The notes below the pieces were generated by a model. It made no database searches and had not been told where the DNA came from. It saw only the letters and a program-made list of their open reading frames with translations. 64,000 bases of DNA. Source: a virus (taxonomy: Duplodnaviria > Caudoviricetes). Within the stretch, counting starts at the first letter, position 1. The number at the start of each line of letters is the position of its first letter. Made by a program: the position numbers and the translations under genes. This document shows, piece by piece, positions 19,871-28,870 of the stretch. The DNA lies in the IMG/VR virus record IMGVR_UViG_3300008262_000001; one strand, 5' to 3'.

Positions 19871-20704
19871 TTAGGCCAAGAGGCTATAGTATTCTTTGAA
19901 ATGTTTGATACGATCAGGTAATCCAATAGTTCCTCCGTTTACTCTCTTTGTTACTGCTGTGACAGTTGCATCATCTGCACCTTTATCACATATGCTCCAA
20001 AGTCCGTTATTGTTGAAGAAAAATGCAGCAGACATCAATGGATATTTAGTTGCAACTAAATCTGGATTGGCTAAGATATCTTCATCAACCATTTTATCGA
20101 AAGCTGAGTAATTAGATTTTCCTGTTAGTTGGATATAACCTCTACCTCTGAATTTATAGCCATCACCAGAAGCTTCATCTCCATTTCCCATTCTAGAAGA
20201 ATAAACCTTGTTGGCAATTTTTTCGGGTTGTCTAGAATATGATTCGTTTAAGTTTCCAGGAAAGTATTTAGGAAAAATCTTTTTAAGGCCATCAGCTGAA
20301 TAGTTTAGATTCTCAGAGACAGCTTTGAAACCTCCTGATTCATGACCACACTGAGCTAAGAAGTGTGCAAGTCTTAAAGTGTTTGTAATTCCAAATTTTG
20401 CAGCAGTGTCTGGAATCTGTGCAATCACTGCATCCGGAATATGACCTTTTAGTTTATCCAGCTTGAAAGAGCTTGATGGAATGGTAACTGGTGATGCTGA
20501 AGGGGCATCAGGAAAAGAAGCAGTAACTCCCATCCGATCCAATGTTGCTGGGCCTGCTATTCCGTCAGCAGTGAGACCGTGTTTTTCTTGCCATTGTTTT
20601 AGCGATTGTTCTGTGCCTGGACCGAAATTTCCGTCTGCTCCAATTCCTAGAGCTTTCTGTAATCTTTCCACATCAGGACCTTTAGAGCCGAGTTTAAGAA
20701 TCAT
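19871..20704 (-). CDS. endolysin: N-terminal peptidoglycan-binding domain + GH19 catalytic domain
   Basis: LKLGSKGPDVERLQ..ADGNFGPGT..WQ..HGLTADGIAGPAT (PG_binding_1); LAHFLAQCGHESGGF, GDGYKFRGRGYIQLTG; GATATATA at 20721-20728. Confidence 0.93.
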   Translation of the reverse strand: MILKLGSKGPDVERLQKALGIGADGNFGPGTEQSLKQWQEKHGLTADGIAGPATLDRMGVTASFPDAPSASPVTIPSSSFKLDKLKGHIPDAVIAQIPDTAAKFGITNTLRLAHFLAQCGHESGGFKAVSENLNYSADGLKKIFPKYFPGNLNESYSRQPEKIANKVYSSRMGNGDEASGDGYKFRGRGYIQLTGKSNYSAFDKMVDEDILANPDLVATKYPLMSAAFFFNNNGLWSICDKGADDATVTAVTKRVNGGTIGLPDRIKHFKEYYSLLA

Positions 20705-20745
20705 GAGATATATTTTTTACTATATATCCCCAAAAAGTCCTTAAT

Positions 20746-20994
20746 TTACTTAAATGAAATCACTTCGATCTCAATAGAATCTCCTGGACAATATTGTTTA
20801 TCTACCACGAACGTGTTGTCCCAACAATCAGTTTTAACCCTCCATTGATTTTTCCTGTTGATTTCATCCATAACAGAAACTATTGGAATTTTTTCAGAAG
20901 AAACAACTTCACATTTGACTTTCTTGACTTCCTTTTGTTTATCGAAACAGCCGATAATGAAAACTGGAATGATTAAATAAATTATTTTTTTCAT
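20746..20994 (-). CDS. small lipoprotein (o-spanin-like candidate)
   Basis: MKKIIYLIIPVFIIG-C lipobox-like signal; immediately upstream of endolysin. Confidence 0.6.
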   Translation of the reverse strand: MKKIIYLIIPVFIIGCFDKQKEVKKVKCEVVSSEKIPIVSVMDEINRKNQWRVKTDCWDNTFVVDKQYCPGDSIEIEVISFK

Positions 20995-21000
20995 AGTCTT

Positions 21001-21186
21001 TTAGTATCGTTTAAAATCTCTTAAATAAACATGGACCCTTTCTTCAGGAATAGAAAAACAGAAACTTTTTTGTGTGAGTTTATTTCCTCCAGGAAATTTA
21101 TCATTCATAACTTCAAAAAGCTCCTTTCTGCTTCCTTCCAATTCAATACCTTCAATGTCAGGGTAATTTAGTGTTTTTCTTCCCAT
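21001..21186 (-). CDS. hypothetical protein
   Basis: 61 aa in co-directional run. Confidence 0.55.
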   Translation of the reverse strand: MGRKTLNYPDIEGIELEGSRKELFEVMNDKFPGGNKLTQKSFCFSIPEERVHVYLRDFKRY

Positions 21187-21270
21187 GAATATTTTAGTCG
21201 TGAAGTCGGAAATAATTCGTCCAATTGTTATTCACCTGCGAATCTATGGGAATTTTCTAAATAAAAAAAA

Positions 21271-21960
21271 TTATTCTCCAGATTTTCCTGATCCTTGCGA
21301 AGCATATTTAACACCCATTATAGTACCGATAATACTAAAGGCATTTGTTAATAGAATACCAAACATATTGCTCCAGGTAGAACTAATTATTTGTGTGTCC
21401 TTATCTGTGAACATTGCAGTTAAATAAAGCCCGGTTGTGACCAAACCTACTCCTAGAATTATATAAAGAGCAACCCTTACTATGGTGCTAATTAATTCGA
21501 ATTGTGTTCTTTTCTGTAGAACATCTAAATCATTTTCAGCATTTTGTTTAGCCTTTTCTGCTTCTTCCCTTGCTCTCTCAGATTTAAGCATTTCTTCCCT
21601 GAGTTCTTGACTCATCCTTTCGTTGTCATCTTTCCAGAGTAGCAGTTCTTTATTTTGACTTTCGATTTGTTCTTTAGAAGTTTCTGTTTGAGTAAGGGCT
21701 TCCTGAAGCTCCTCCATTATTCTTTTGTTCTCATCATTAAGATCCAATAACTCCTTATTTTTTGTCTGGATCTGTTTGGTGATTTCGAGCCTTTTCTTCC
21801 TAGTGGCAATATCTTTCTCTGAACACTTTTTTAAATACTCGCTAAATTCCTCGTCCCCACCAGAATCTATTACTTTAATGATGTTACCTTCTAAAAAAAG
21901 ATTTTTAGATTCAGAGATGGAAATTAATTCCTTCTTTATTTCACTGGTTAGTTTAATCAC
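21271..21960 (-). CDS. coiled-coil protein with two C-terminal TM helices
   Basis: Long E/K/Q heptad region then two hydrophobic helices; GTG start overlaps response regulator TGA. Confidence 0.8.
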   Translation of the reverse strand: MIKLTSEIKKELISISESKNLFLEGNIIKVIDSGGDEEFSEYLKKCSEKDIATRKKRLEITKQIQTKNKELLDLNDENKRIMEELQEALTQTETSKEQIESQNKELLLWKDDNERMSQELREEMLKSERAREEAEKAKQNAENDLDVLQKRTQFELISTIVRVALYIILGVGLVTTGLYLTAMFTDKDTQIISSTWSNMFGILLTNAFSIIGTIMGVKYASQGSGKSGE

Positions 21961-22388
21961 TTATAAACTTTGAAAGGTGCAGTTCTTTTTTTGTATCCGT
22001 CGTAATCCTTTTTAAATTCTTCAAGTCTTGGTTCAATATCATCAGATTTTATAATCCAAAATTGAGCTCCCGCTTGTATTGCTTTAGCCTGTTCATCGGG
22101 TTCATTAGATGATGAAATTATACCTATCACAACGTGATTTCCGTATTCAAAGTTGATTTTTCTAATAAGCTCGATACCATCAAAGGAAGAACCTATGATA
22201 TTCAAGTCAACAAAAACACATTCTGGTTTTTCTGCTGGGTTTTTCTGCCACTGCTGGAAAAGTTTAGCAGCTTCATCTGAGCTGTTCAAGGTCTTTAAAG
22301 AAAGAGTTATATCTAACAATGAACAGGAATCCTCAAAAACTAAGTGGAATAAGTCCTCATCGTCTACTAACAAAATTGAATCAATCAT
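21957..22388 (-). CDS. single-domain response regulator (REC)
   Basis: ILLVDDED acidic pocket, phospho-acceptor in VFVDLN, SSS, WIIK conserved Lys; no output domain. Confidence 0.93.
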   Translation of the reverse strand: MIDSILLVDDEDLFHLVFEDSCSLLDITLSLKTLNSSDEAAKLFQQWQKNPAEKPECVFVDLNIIGSSFDGIELIRKINFEYGNHVVIGIISSSNEPDEQAKAIQAGAQFWIIKSDDIEPRLEEFKKDYDGYKKRTAPFKVYK

Positions 22389-22392
22389 AATT

Positions 22393-23649
22393 TTATTTCA
22401 GTTTAATTATTATTTTGGTTCCGATGTCATTTTTATCACACAACATCTCAAATCCGTGCTCCTTAAAAATTACATTAGAAATACTCAAACCCAGTCCCAT
22501 TTCCCCTTCCTCTTGTTCTTCCCTTTTGCGTTTGATGATTTTTTCAAACTGTTTTCTTGTTAGTCCTCTCCCGTTGTCTTGAACTACGAGATTTTCTTCT
22601 TCCATGTAAATTCTAACATATTTATCCTCGTTGTCATTATATTTAAGTCCATTCTTTATAAGATTATCGAGTGCATTACAAAATAATACTGCATTAACCT
22701 CTAAGTCAGGAAGCGACTCAAGTTTAACCTGGTTTGAATAAGAGGTGTTGCTCATATAGTTTTGCAATATCTCGGAAATACTAATCAACTTTTTATCTAA
22801 AACAACATTTTGCTTTACCAAATTAGTAAACTCGTACACACTCTTGTAAACCCTTTGAGTGTGAGCCAATCCATCCTTAATCATTTTTAAAGAGGTCTCT
22901 ATCTTAAGATTTTGTACTTCTTCTGGAGATATCCTCTTTTCTAAAGAAGTCAGTCCCCTAGGAATGTATGTGTTAATTCCCGAGTGCATATCGTGCCTGA
23001 TAATTCTGGCTGCGTGCTCTAAATAAGTGTTCTTTTTGTTTATATCGTCTAACTGGCTTTCTATCTCTCCGTCTTTGACCCTGATTGTTTTTCTCTGTAA
23101 AAGAACCATAACTCCAAGTATTGAAAGAACTAATCCAATAATTGCAGTATAAAGATATTTCTTATATGTTTCTTTTTCAGTCTTTAAAATTTCCTTGTCA
23201 ACTATAAGATTTCCATTTTCGTCTTTTAAATCTCCAGATTCAAGAGTTAAGGTAACAATGTTCTTTTCCTTTTTAAGAGTTTTAATTGTTCCCTCTTTAG
23301 TTTCGACTAATTTTTGATTAACAACTTTTGCTTGGAGTAACGAATCTCTCTCTTGAATAAGCTTATTTATTTTATTATCAATCTCTTGAAGAATATTCTT
23401 TAAATCCTGCTTGGGAAGTTCTTCGTAAGTTTTTGGTAACGTCTCTAAGAACTGTAAATCTTTTTTAACGCTTTCAACTACAAATAGTTCATCTTCCAAG
23501 ATTGTTGCGGTTATGACTTTTTCCTCCTTAGGTTCAAACACCTTTTCTGGTTCAACCCATACAGGGCGTATTCTTCTGTCCACTACTGTATCTTGCGATA
23601 AAGAAAATAAAGGTAAGAATAGAATTAAAAGGATAAGGGCATTTTTCAT
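22393..23649 (-). CDS. sensor histidine kinase (signal peptide, extracytoplasmic coiled coil, TM, DHp, HATPase)
   Basis: H-box RHDMHSGINTY; N-box NALDNLIKNGLKY; G1 VQDNGRG; G2 GLGL; start MKNALILL at 23649 overlaps upstream TGA. Confidence 0.92.
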   Translation of the reverse strand: MKNALILLILFLPLFSLSQDTVVDRRIRPVWVEPEKVFEPKEEKVITATILEDELFVVESVKKDLQFLETLPKTYEELPKQDLKNILQEIDNKINKLIQERDSLLQAKVVNQKLVETKEGTIKTLKKEKNIVTLTLESGDLKDENGNLIVDKEILKTEKETYKKYLYTAIIGLVLSILGVMVLLQRKTIRVKDGEIESQLDDINKKNTYLEHAARIIRHDMHSGINTYIPRGLTSLEKRISPEEVQNLKIETSLKMIKDGLAHTQRVYKSVYEFTNLVKQNVVLDKKLISISEILQNYMSNTSYSNQVKLESLPDLEVNAVLFCNALDNLIKNGLKYNDNEDKYVRIYMEEENLVVQDNGRGLTRKQFEKIIKRKREEQEEGEMGLGLSISNVIFKEHGFEMLCDKNDIGTKIIIKLK

Positions 23650-24233
23650 TTTTTCCATTGTGATTTGTGTTTCCAAACTTTTCTTTGTCTGATTCTTTCT
23701 TGACCAACAAGTTCCAAATCACCTAGTCCCCCAAATCCCCTTTCTCTTGATCCTGGACCTTGTCCGTTTTCAGAATATTCTAAGAATCTTCTATATTCAC
23801 TGTCTTTCATCCTTGGTAAAAAAATTCCATAGTCGTCAGTTGTAAGAAAATATCTTGAAAGGTCTAAAACATAAAGCTCAGTATCTAAAGGACTTGAGGT
23901 GAAAATAATCGAAGGTGAAAGTGACCATTTCCATATGCTATCTAAAAGAGCGTTATTCCATGCTAAAGAGGAATCTAATGAATTTTTGAGACTATCAATT
24001 TCTTTATTTTGTAATGAAATAAAACGATTAAGACTATCCGTTGTGTTTTTAAAAGCTTTAAATTTATTTAGCATCAACAGATTTTGTTCATCGATAGTTC
24101 TGTTAATCTCTTCACTTTGTGCGATTGTCAGAATAACTACAGAGTCCCCACGAAAAATAGTTTGAATGGGATATTGGTTTTGTGAATAAACCAAAGAAGA
24201 AATTAGGAGGAAAACTAATAATAGCGTTTTCAT
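23646..24233 (-). CDS. secreted coiled-coil protein in signalling operon
   Basis: Signal peptide MKTLLLVFLLISSLVYSQ, coiled coil; coupled to both flanking kinases. Confidence 0.75.
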   Translation of the reverse strand: MKTLLLVFLLISSLVYSQNQYPIQTIFRGDSVVILTIAQSEEINRTIDEQNLLMLNKFKAFKNTTDSLNRFISLQNKEIDSLKNSLDSSLAWNNALLDSIWKWSLSPSIIFTSSPLDTELYVLDLSRYFLTTDDYGIFLPRMKDSEYRRFLEYSENGQGPGSRERGFGGLGDLELVGQERIRQRKVWKHKSQWKK

Positions 24234-26356
24234 TATAGCATCTTTATTTTCATCTTGGTCCCTATTTGGTTTTTCTCACAAGTTATAGAAAATCCATGCT
24301 CGTGAAGAATTGCTACACATATGTTTAAACCTAATCCGGTTCCAGATTCCTTTTGCCCCTCTTTCCTAGTATAGGGTTTAGATAAATGTTCAAAGTCTTC
24401 CTGTGTTATACCTCTTCCATTATCCTGTATATAAAGAGTATCTTCTTCAAAATAAATCTTGACAAATTTTGTTTCCGAGTCATTGTACTTAAGTCCATTC
24501 CTTATTAGGTTGTCTACAGCAGTACAAAATAGTGGTTCATTCACGCTGATTGTTGGAAGATCTGAAATGATAACTTGACTATGATAAGCAGTTGCAGAAA
24601 GATAGTCCTGTAGGATTATTTTTAAATTACAATCTGTTCTATTTAGAACTACATCCTTCTTTACTAAATTTGTAAATTCATAAACACCCTTGTAAACCTT
24701 CTGGGCATGTCTAAGACCTTCTTTGATCATTTTGATTGGAGCTTCAATTTTAAGCGAATCTATATCTTCCTGTTTGAGCCTTCTTTCTAAAGATCCTAGT
24801 CCTCTAGGAATATACGTATTAATCCCAGAGTGCATATCGTGTCTTAAAATTTTAGCAGCATGTTCCAAATAAGTGTTCTTTTTTTCTATTTCATTTTTTT
24901 GTTTAACAGATTCAGTAACATTAGTAGCAATTTTCATTATTCTATATGGTTTCCCATCAGTAGTTAAAATTGGATTATAGGTGGATTGAAGAAAAACCTG
25001 TTCCCCATTTTTTCTGATCCTAACTACATCGTTTGAAAAATAAATTCCCATGCATAGATTTTTCCACATGTTGGAATATTCCCTACTATTTTTCTCCTCT
25101 TCTGAAACAAACAAACTATGATTCTTTCCTTTTATTTCATCAAAAGAATCGTAACCCATAGTTTCCAAAAAAAGATTATTAGCAAACATTATATTCCCGT
25201 CTAAATCAAATTCTATAACAGCATTGGATTGATTGATAGCATTCATCCTATTTCTAATCTCAGTTTCTTTTCTTATAACTTCAGTTACATCTTGTCGAAT
25301 GGAATGGAATCCCTCTAGTTTACCCCCAGAATCAAAAATTGCCTTGATATAAGTATCAACATAATATAAATGTCCATTCTTCGATCTGTTAACTACAATG
25401 TCATTCCATATTTGTCCATTCAAAACTTTCTCATACATTTTCCCCCAGTATCCATCAGGTTGTAGACCGGAGTTTACAATAGAGTGATCTTGACCACAAG
25501 CTTCTTCTAGACTCCAACCAGAAACTTCAGAAAATTTTTCGTTGACATAAGTTATTTTTCCGTTTTTATCAGCTATTGAAACCAGAGATGATTTGTCGAT
25601 AAAATTTTCAGTTTCTTTGATTCTCCTAAGCAAATCATTGGTTTCGTGCATCGAGAATCCAAACGAATATAGCGAAGAAAGGATCTGTGCAAAATTAACT
25701 TCTATTTTTCTCCATTTCCTAGAGGTGAGATTCTCTATACAAATCACACCAATATTTGATCCCTTGTACCAAATAGGAACATCCAGCATCGATTTTATCC
25801 CTAAAGGTTTTAGATATGGATCAGTAAAACATCTTGTGGAGGGATGGTTTTCAGCATCATTTGCAACTATTATTGGTTCATTTCTCAAAGCTTCAAAATA
25901 CTCTGAAAAATCTTTTTCGAATAACTCTATTCCGTCTTGGAATGAATCTTCTAATTTTGAATACAATTGCTGACAAACAATCCCAGATCTATCTTTGTTA
26001 TACAACCAAATAGAAGCTCTATCTGCATCAATCGTTTCCGTTATTTCTTTAGTTACAGACCTTGCTGCTTGATCGATATCACCAAAATAGTAAATTTCAT
26101 TATATGCCTGTTTAATCAGGGAAGAATTAATTTTCTTAGAATAATCATTCAGAAATATTGTGTCTTTCGTTTTGATTTTGAGATCCCTAATGAGCATAAA
26201 AAAGAAGGGAGCGAAAGAAAGGAAACAAATATATTCGGTTATCCTAGTTAACCTAGAACTTTGTACGGTCTCGAAAAGAACTAATGTTTTTACCGAAAAG
26301 AATATTGTCATTAAAACAATACAAACCAGTAAAGATATTTTAGAGGATTTAAGCAT
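24233..26356 (-). CDS. sensor histidine kinase: 2 TM + GAF + 2 PAS + DHp + HATPase
   Basis: ADRASIWLY...SMLDVPI..GVICIE (GAF); ITYVNEKF and AVIEFDLDGNIMFANNLF (PAS); RHDMHSGINTY; AVDNLIRNGLKY; DNGRG; GTGLGL. Confidence 0.95.
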   Translation of the reverse strand: MLKSSKISLLVCIVLMTIFFSVKTLVLFETVQSSRLTRITEYICFLSFAPFFFMLIRDLKIKTKDTIFLNDYSKKINSSLIKQAYNEIYYFGDIDQAARSVTKEITETIDADRASIWLYNKDRSGIVCQQLYSKLEDSFQDGIELFEKDFSEYFEALRNEPIIVANDAENHPSTRCFTDPYLKPLGIKSMLDVPIWYKGSNIGVICIENLTSRKWRKIEVNFAQILSSLYSFGFSMHETNDLLRRIKETENFIDKSSLVSIADKNGKITYVNEKFSEVSGWSLEEACGQDHSIVNSGLQPDGYWGKMYEKVLNGQIWNDIVVNRSKNGHLYYVDTYIKAIFDSGGKLEGFHSIRQDVTEVIRKETEIRNRMNAINQSNAVIEFDLDGNIMFANNLFLETMGYDSFDEIKGKNHSLFVSEEEKNSREYSNMWKNLCMGIYFSNDVVRIRKNGEQVFLQSTYNPILTTDGKPYRIMKIATNVTESVKQKNEIEKKNTYLEHAAKILRHDMHSGINTYIPRGLGSLERRLKQEDIDSLKIEAPIKMIKEGLRHAQKVYKGVYEFTNLVKKDVVLNRTDCNLKIILQDYLSATAYHSQVIISDLPTISVNEPLFCTAVDNLIRNGLKYNDSETKFVKIYFEEDTLYIQDNGRGITQEDFEHLSKPYTRKEGQKESGTGLGLNICVAILHEHGFSITCEKNQIGTKMKIKML

Positions 26357-26369
26357 TTAGTTTACTTGC

Positions 26370-26377
26370 TATATATC
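26370..26377 (-). promoter_or_regulatory. putative late promoter GATATATA heading the kinase operon
   Basis: 13 nt upstream of ATG 26356. Confidence 0.55.
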
Positions 26378-26397
26378 CCCTAAGTAGACAAAGGAAC

Positions 26398-26826
26398 CTA
26401 TGATTTTCTTAATTCCCTAGATAATTCTTTTTCCTTAATAGAAGCTCTTTTGTCATAGTTTTTCTTACCCCTAGAAAGAGCAATTTTTATTTTGATCTTA
26501 CCTCTTTCATTGGTAAATATCAAGAAAGGAACGATTGTAATTCCTGTACTTAATCCTCTTTGCAATTTTGCAATCTCACTTTTTTTAAGGAGTAATTTTT
26601 TAACCCGTAAAGAATCATGAGAAAAATCACCTAAAGGAGAAACATTTAAGCCTTTAAGAAAAATTTCATTTTTGTCAATATAGCAAAAAGCATCTACCAT
26701 AGACACCTTACCTGATATTATAGACTTTACCTCTGAGCCTAACAATTGAATTCCTGCTGTATACTCCTCAAGAAAAAAATAATCGAAAGATGCTTTCCTG
26801 TTTTTAATGTAAATACTATTCTTCAT
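26398..26826 (-). CDS. smpB: SsrA-binding protein
   Basis: NRKASFDYFFLEEYTAGIQLLGSEVKS, RVKKLLLKKSEI, GKKNYDKRASIKEKE. Confidence 0.93.
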   Translation of the reverse strand: MKNSIYIKNRKASFDYFFLEEYTAGIQLLGSEVKSIISGKVSMVDAFCYIDKNEIFLKGLNVSPLGDFSHDSLRVKKLLLKKSEIAKLQRGLSTGITIVPFLIFTNERGKIKIKIALSRGKKNYDKRASIKEKELSRELRKS

Positions 26827-26850
26827 ACGTATAGATCCAATTGCTAAATG

Positions 26851-27054
26851 TTAAGTGGTCTTTGGTGGAACCTTTATTGTTATAGAGTCACCATTTGAAG
26901 ATAATTCGAAGCCTTCTGGAGAGAGATTTTTAAAATATTCCAGATAAAAATCAACACGCTCATTTTTTGGACTATTTGAAACAGGTTCTAGGGTAAAAGA
27001 CTTATATGTCTGTATCCTTGTTCCATAACGTCCAAAATCTGAAAAGGTAGTCAT
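26851..27054 (-). CDS. hypothetical protein
   Basis: 67 aa in tight run. Confidence 0.6.
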   Translation of the reverse strand: MTTFSDFGRYGTRIQTYKSFTLEPVSNSPKNERVDFYLEYFKNLSPEGFELSSNGDSITIKVPPKTT

Positions 27055-27057
27055 AAC

Positions 27058-27393
27058 TTATATATCTGAAAATCCATCCCTATAGTTGATAAGATAATTC
27101 ATCGATTTAATCCAGGCATAAAGGCACACAACAGCGTTTAATTTTTGTAGTATTGGATCTTTCAAACCACAAAGTGTAAGCAAAAGGAAAATCAATCCAG
27201 ATATTCCCACTATGGTTAAACCGTGAGTCCATACCCAAGGCTGCAAAGTGTTTGTAATTAGCTTTATCACCACAGTAAAAAAGAGGACAAGATAAATGAA
27301 ACTGATTATAATATTTTCATCAAGTCCCAATATGATACCAACATCCTTTGCTGTTGCTATAGCTAAAAATATCGTGTATGCTAATTTTGACAT
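27058..27393 (-). CDS. hypothetical membrane protein (about 4 TM)
   Basis: Hydrophobic throughout. Confidence 0.7.
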   Translation of the reverse strand: MSKLAYTIFLAIATAKDVGIILGLDENIIISFIYLVLFFTVVIKLITNTLQPWVWTHGLTIVGISGLIFLLLTLCGLKDPILQKLNAVVCLYAWIKSMNYLINYRDGFSDI

Positions 27394-27396
27394 AGG

Positions 27397-28812
27397 CTAG
27401 AATCTTTTTAGAACATAAAGTTTGTTACTTGACCTTGTGTAGGCTGTGTATTTTATCCGATTTCGTTCAACAACATTGATGTTGACGTCTATATCATCTT
27501 CCAGAACAAAAGCTGCTTGATAGGTGCTTCCCTGGGATTTATGAGCAGTGATTGCATAAGCGTAACTTACGTCTGCGAATCTTCTGAGAAATTCATAATA
27601 CTTTATCCACGATTTATCTTTCCCTTTTTTCTCTATTGCTGTTTTTTTCAAATGGTTTGCTATCACCTGAAACCCACTTTCGCTTGATTCGTGAAGGATA
27701 TCTATATAAAATACTAGTTCCTTTCCATCATCGTTTAGAAAGCTAACTCCTGTTTCATAATACTGAAGAACAATTGATTGATCTTCTATGCTAAATTTAG
27801 AATCCTTAACTTTGAAATTGACAACTGAGAATTCGTCATTAGTATTAAATAGGATTTCATTGTTCTCTATAACAGGATTATTAGCAATTAATTTTTCACC
27901 AATCAAGATTTTTGCTTCTAATGATTTATCACCATAAATAACTTTCCTTGCTAGGTTATTCATGGTAGAAACAGTTTTGTTCCTCCAAGCGATTATCTTT
28001 GCATATTCAGGATCTTCTTTAAACCTGTCGGAATTGAAGTATGAATCCAGAATTGAAGGGAACTTAGATTTTATTTCTGGTGAGTTTAGATTTAAGTACT
28101 CGATGCCCTCTCCCCTTTCGGATATTTTGGTTTGTGTCCCTGTGTCAATACTTGGATTTTCAAGATCACTCCTGATTAATATTGAGGTATCGATAATTGG
28201 ATTACCCTCTTTCTGTCTCATTATTTTTTTAAGCTCAACAGTACAAATTCCATAAAGCTGGGCAAGTTCTGGTCGGAAGGGTATGCAATCAGGTCTTCCC
28301 ACAGGAGGAATTTGTGCAGGATCTCCCATACAAATAATTTTGATTTTATCCCTATATTTTATGATCTCATGGAATAGATCGTCGCTCAACATTGAAACCT
28401 CGTCAATCACTAAGAGTTTTGTTGAAGCAATTGGAGGTCTGAATTCTCCGTCGTTTACAAACTCTTGCTTACCATCTGAAGTAATTCTCTCTTTCAGTCC
28501 AAGCATTTTGTGGACGGTAGTGAACACTATCCTGTTGTTAATGATACCAGTTTGTTTCTTAATAACCCTAACAGATTTATTAGTGGGACCAGTTACTGCT
28601 ATTTTATACCAAGCTTTATTTGGATAAAGAGCTTCAAGAACATACTTGACTAAAAGACTCACACAAAATGTTTTGCCAGTTCCTGCCCAACCCTTGAGTA
28701 CATAAATATCATTGGAAGAACCTGCAACAAAGTCCTTCAATTGATCAAATGCTAGCTGTTGATCCTCATTCAACATTGAAGAATCAAATAGCCTAATTTC
28801 TTTTTTGCCCAC
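27397..28812 (-). CDS. SF1B DNA helicase, T4 Dda/RecD-like
   Basis: Walker A GWAGTGKT, TTVHKML, Walker B IDEVSM, GDPAQIPPV, YAITAHKSQGST, YTAYTR. Confidence 0.93.
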   Translation of the reverse strand: MGKKEIRLFDSSMLNEDQQLAFDQLKDFVAGSSNDIYVLKGWAGTGKTFCVSLLVKYVLEALYPNKAWYKIAVTGPTNKSVRVIKKQTGIINNRIVFTTVHKMLGLKERITSDGKQEFVNDGEFRPPIASTKLLVIDEVSMLSDDLFHEIIKYRDKIKIICMGDPAQIPPVGRPDCIPFRPELAQLYGICTVELKKIMRQKEGNPIIDTSILIRSDLENPSIDTGTQTKISERGEGIEYLNLNSPEIKSKFPSILDSYFNSDRFKEDPEYAKIIAWRNKTVSTMNNLARKVIYGDKSLEAKILIGEKLIANNPVIENNEILFNTNDEFSVVNFKVKDSKFSIEDQSIVLQYYETGVSFLNDDGKELVFYIDILHESSESGFQVIANHLKKTAIEKKGKDKSWIKYYEFLRRFADVSYAYAITAHKSQGSTYQAAFVLEDDIDVNINVVERNRIKYTAYTRSSNKLYVLKRF

Positions 28813-28870
28813 TTTCTTTTTTGGATAAATGTAAGAATTATAGTGAAAAAGAGTGGTTTGGGTTCGAAAT

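Noticed and set aside
21185-26360. + strand ORFs inside the signalling operon
   Set aside because: Antisense to well-supported coupled genes with recognisable domains.
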